Source: Harriotta raleighana (lineage: Eukaryota). From it: a DNA stretch of 64,000 nt. Made by a program: the position numbers and the translations under genes. The notes under the pieces were generated by a model. It did no database searches. It worked only from the letters and a program-made list of their open reading frames with translations, and was not told the DNA's origin. The stretch covers positions 8,660,055 to 8,724,054 of the forward strand of contig JBNZDD010013721.1 in the NCBI GenBank assembly GCA_050575255.1. Reading direction: 5' to 3'. Positions 63,074 through 64,000 of this stretch are shown piece by piece (positions within the stretch are counted from its first letter, which is position 1; each line of letters opens with the position of its first letter).

Positions 63074-63207
63074 GTGTGTGTGTGTGTGTGTGCAGTGAGT
63101 GAATCATCATTTCCACTCATCTGGCATGATCCTTGCATGGAAGGGGGAAGGAAGGTGGTGGGGGGAGAGAGGAGAGAAGGAGGGGGAGAGAGAGGGAGAG
63201 AGAGAGA
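63074..63207. repeat. (TG)n run and GA-rich polypurine tract upstream of the putative promoter
   Basis: (TG)n at 63074-63092 and a purine tract at ~63139-63207. Confidence 0.85.
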
Positions 63208-63225
63208 CTTGTTTCTAAAGCTCTA

Positions 63226-63367
63226 GTTGCCATGGATATCAGTCAAACCTTGTGAATAAGATAACACATCCTCTTGGCGGCGTCAGAACCCTCTCTCTGT
63301 TGGAGATGGTGGCTTGCAGTTGGGTTGGATGTTCATGCCATTTCTGTGTGTTTCTACTTTATAAGGG
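63226..63367 (+). promoter_or_regulatory. Putative Pol II promoter: X-box-like site, CRE half-site, TATA-like box
   Basis: GTTGCCATGGATAT at 63226-63239, CGTCA at 63281-63285 and TATAAG at 63360-63365, in repeat-free sequence followed by a strong donor. Confidence 0.45.
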
Positions 63368-63389
63368 CAGAGAGAGGGAGAGTGAAAGA

Positions 63390-63579
63390 GGGAGAGAGAC
63401 TCAGCAGCTAAGAGACTGTTCAGCAGTTCTCTCGACTTTCTTCCTGCAGCCACACACAACAACCCCCCAAAAAAAATCCTCAGGCTTTCAAAGTAACTTT
63501 TAGTTGAATGTAGTTGGAGCCCTCGACCAGTTATTTACCTCCAACCCTTGCAGTGATCTTGCTTTTCCAGCCTTTTCAA
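63390..63579 (+). other. Putative non-coding first exon ending at donor CAA|GTAAGT
   Basis: The start is inferred ~30 nt after the TATA-like box, the donor is at 63580-63585, and there is no convincing ORF. Confidence 0.4.
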
Positions 63580-63662
63580 GTAAGTAGCAAATCGTTGGAT
63601 GTAATTCTCTTCATTTAAACTGTGTCAGAAAACTGCTGTTTTACATCTAGATATATATATTT

Positions 63663-64000
63663 ATTTATTTTTTAAATTTGAAGACGTTATTGTAATATTG
63701 CTCTATTGTAAAACAGAAAATATTGTAAGAGACAGGCGACCAGAAAACGTCAAAGTGGGTAAGTTATATGTGATGTAAGAAAGAGACAATAAAGGGGGAG
63801 GAAAGGGGATGGAAATTGAGATGTATTTCTGAGATCGAGGGATGATAGAGAGAGATTTATTTTTTAAATTTGAAGACGTTATTGTAATATTGCTCTATTG
63901 TAAAACAGAAAATATTGTAAGAGACAGGCGACCAGAAAACGTCAAAGTGGGTAAGTTATATGTGATGTAAGAAAGAGACAATAAAGGGGGAGGAAAGGGG
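63663..64000. repeat. Direct duplication with 192-bp period (no N at the junction)
   Basis: 63663-63808 is identical to 63855-64000 as far as I can read, and the second copy runs off the window. Confidence 0.9.

Overview
This window is AT-rich vertebrate genomic DNA, intronic or intergenic. I recognise no protein-coding exon or gene, and the supplied ORFs are short and either random or retroelement-derived. The repeats point to a cartilaginous fish, most likely a chimaera such as Callorhinchus; this is inference from recalled consensus sequences, not a database result. The repeats are about 25 copies of a tRNA-headed DeuSINE-type SINE with an L2 tail ending in (ATT)n, older SacSINE/AmnSINE-like and LF-SINE-like copies, many L2 and CR1 3' fragments, and Penelope-type inverted-repeat remnants. 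Six single-N breaks fall in four near-identical duplicated blocks that look like haplotype or assembly artefacts. The most notable items are: fold-back Penelope-like remnants with a decayed hammerhead-ribozyme core (49.9 kb, 23.0 kb); a 317-bp MITE-like element with 50-bp TIRs (2.25 kb); an LF-SINE split by a CR1 insertion; a recursive-splice-like AG|GTGAGT site on the minus strand (36.19 kb); and a promoter-like region at 63.2-63.6 kb (X-box, CRE half-site, TATA) ending in a strong donor that can also be read as a 9-nt microexon. I cannot support a claim of a wholly new biological system from this sequence alone.
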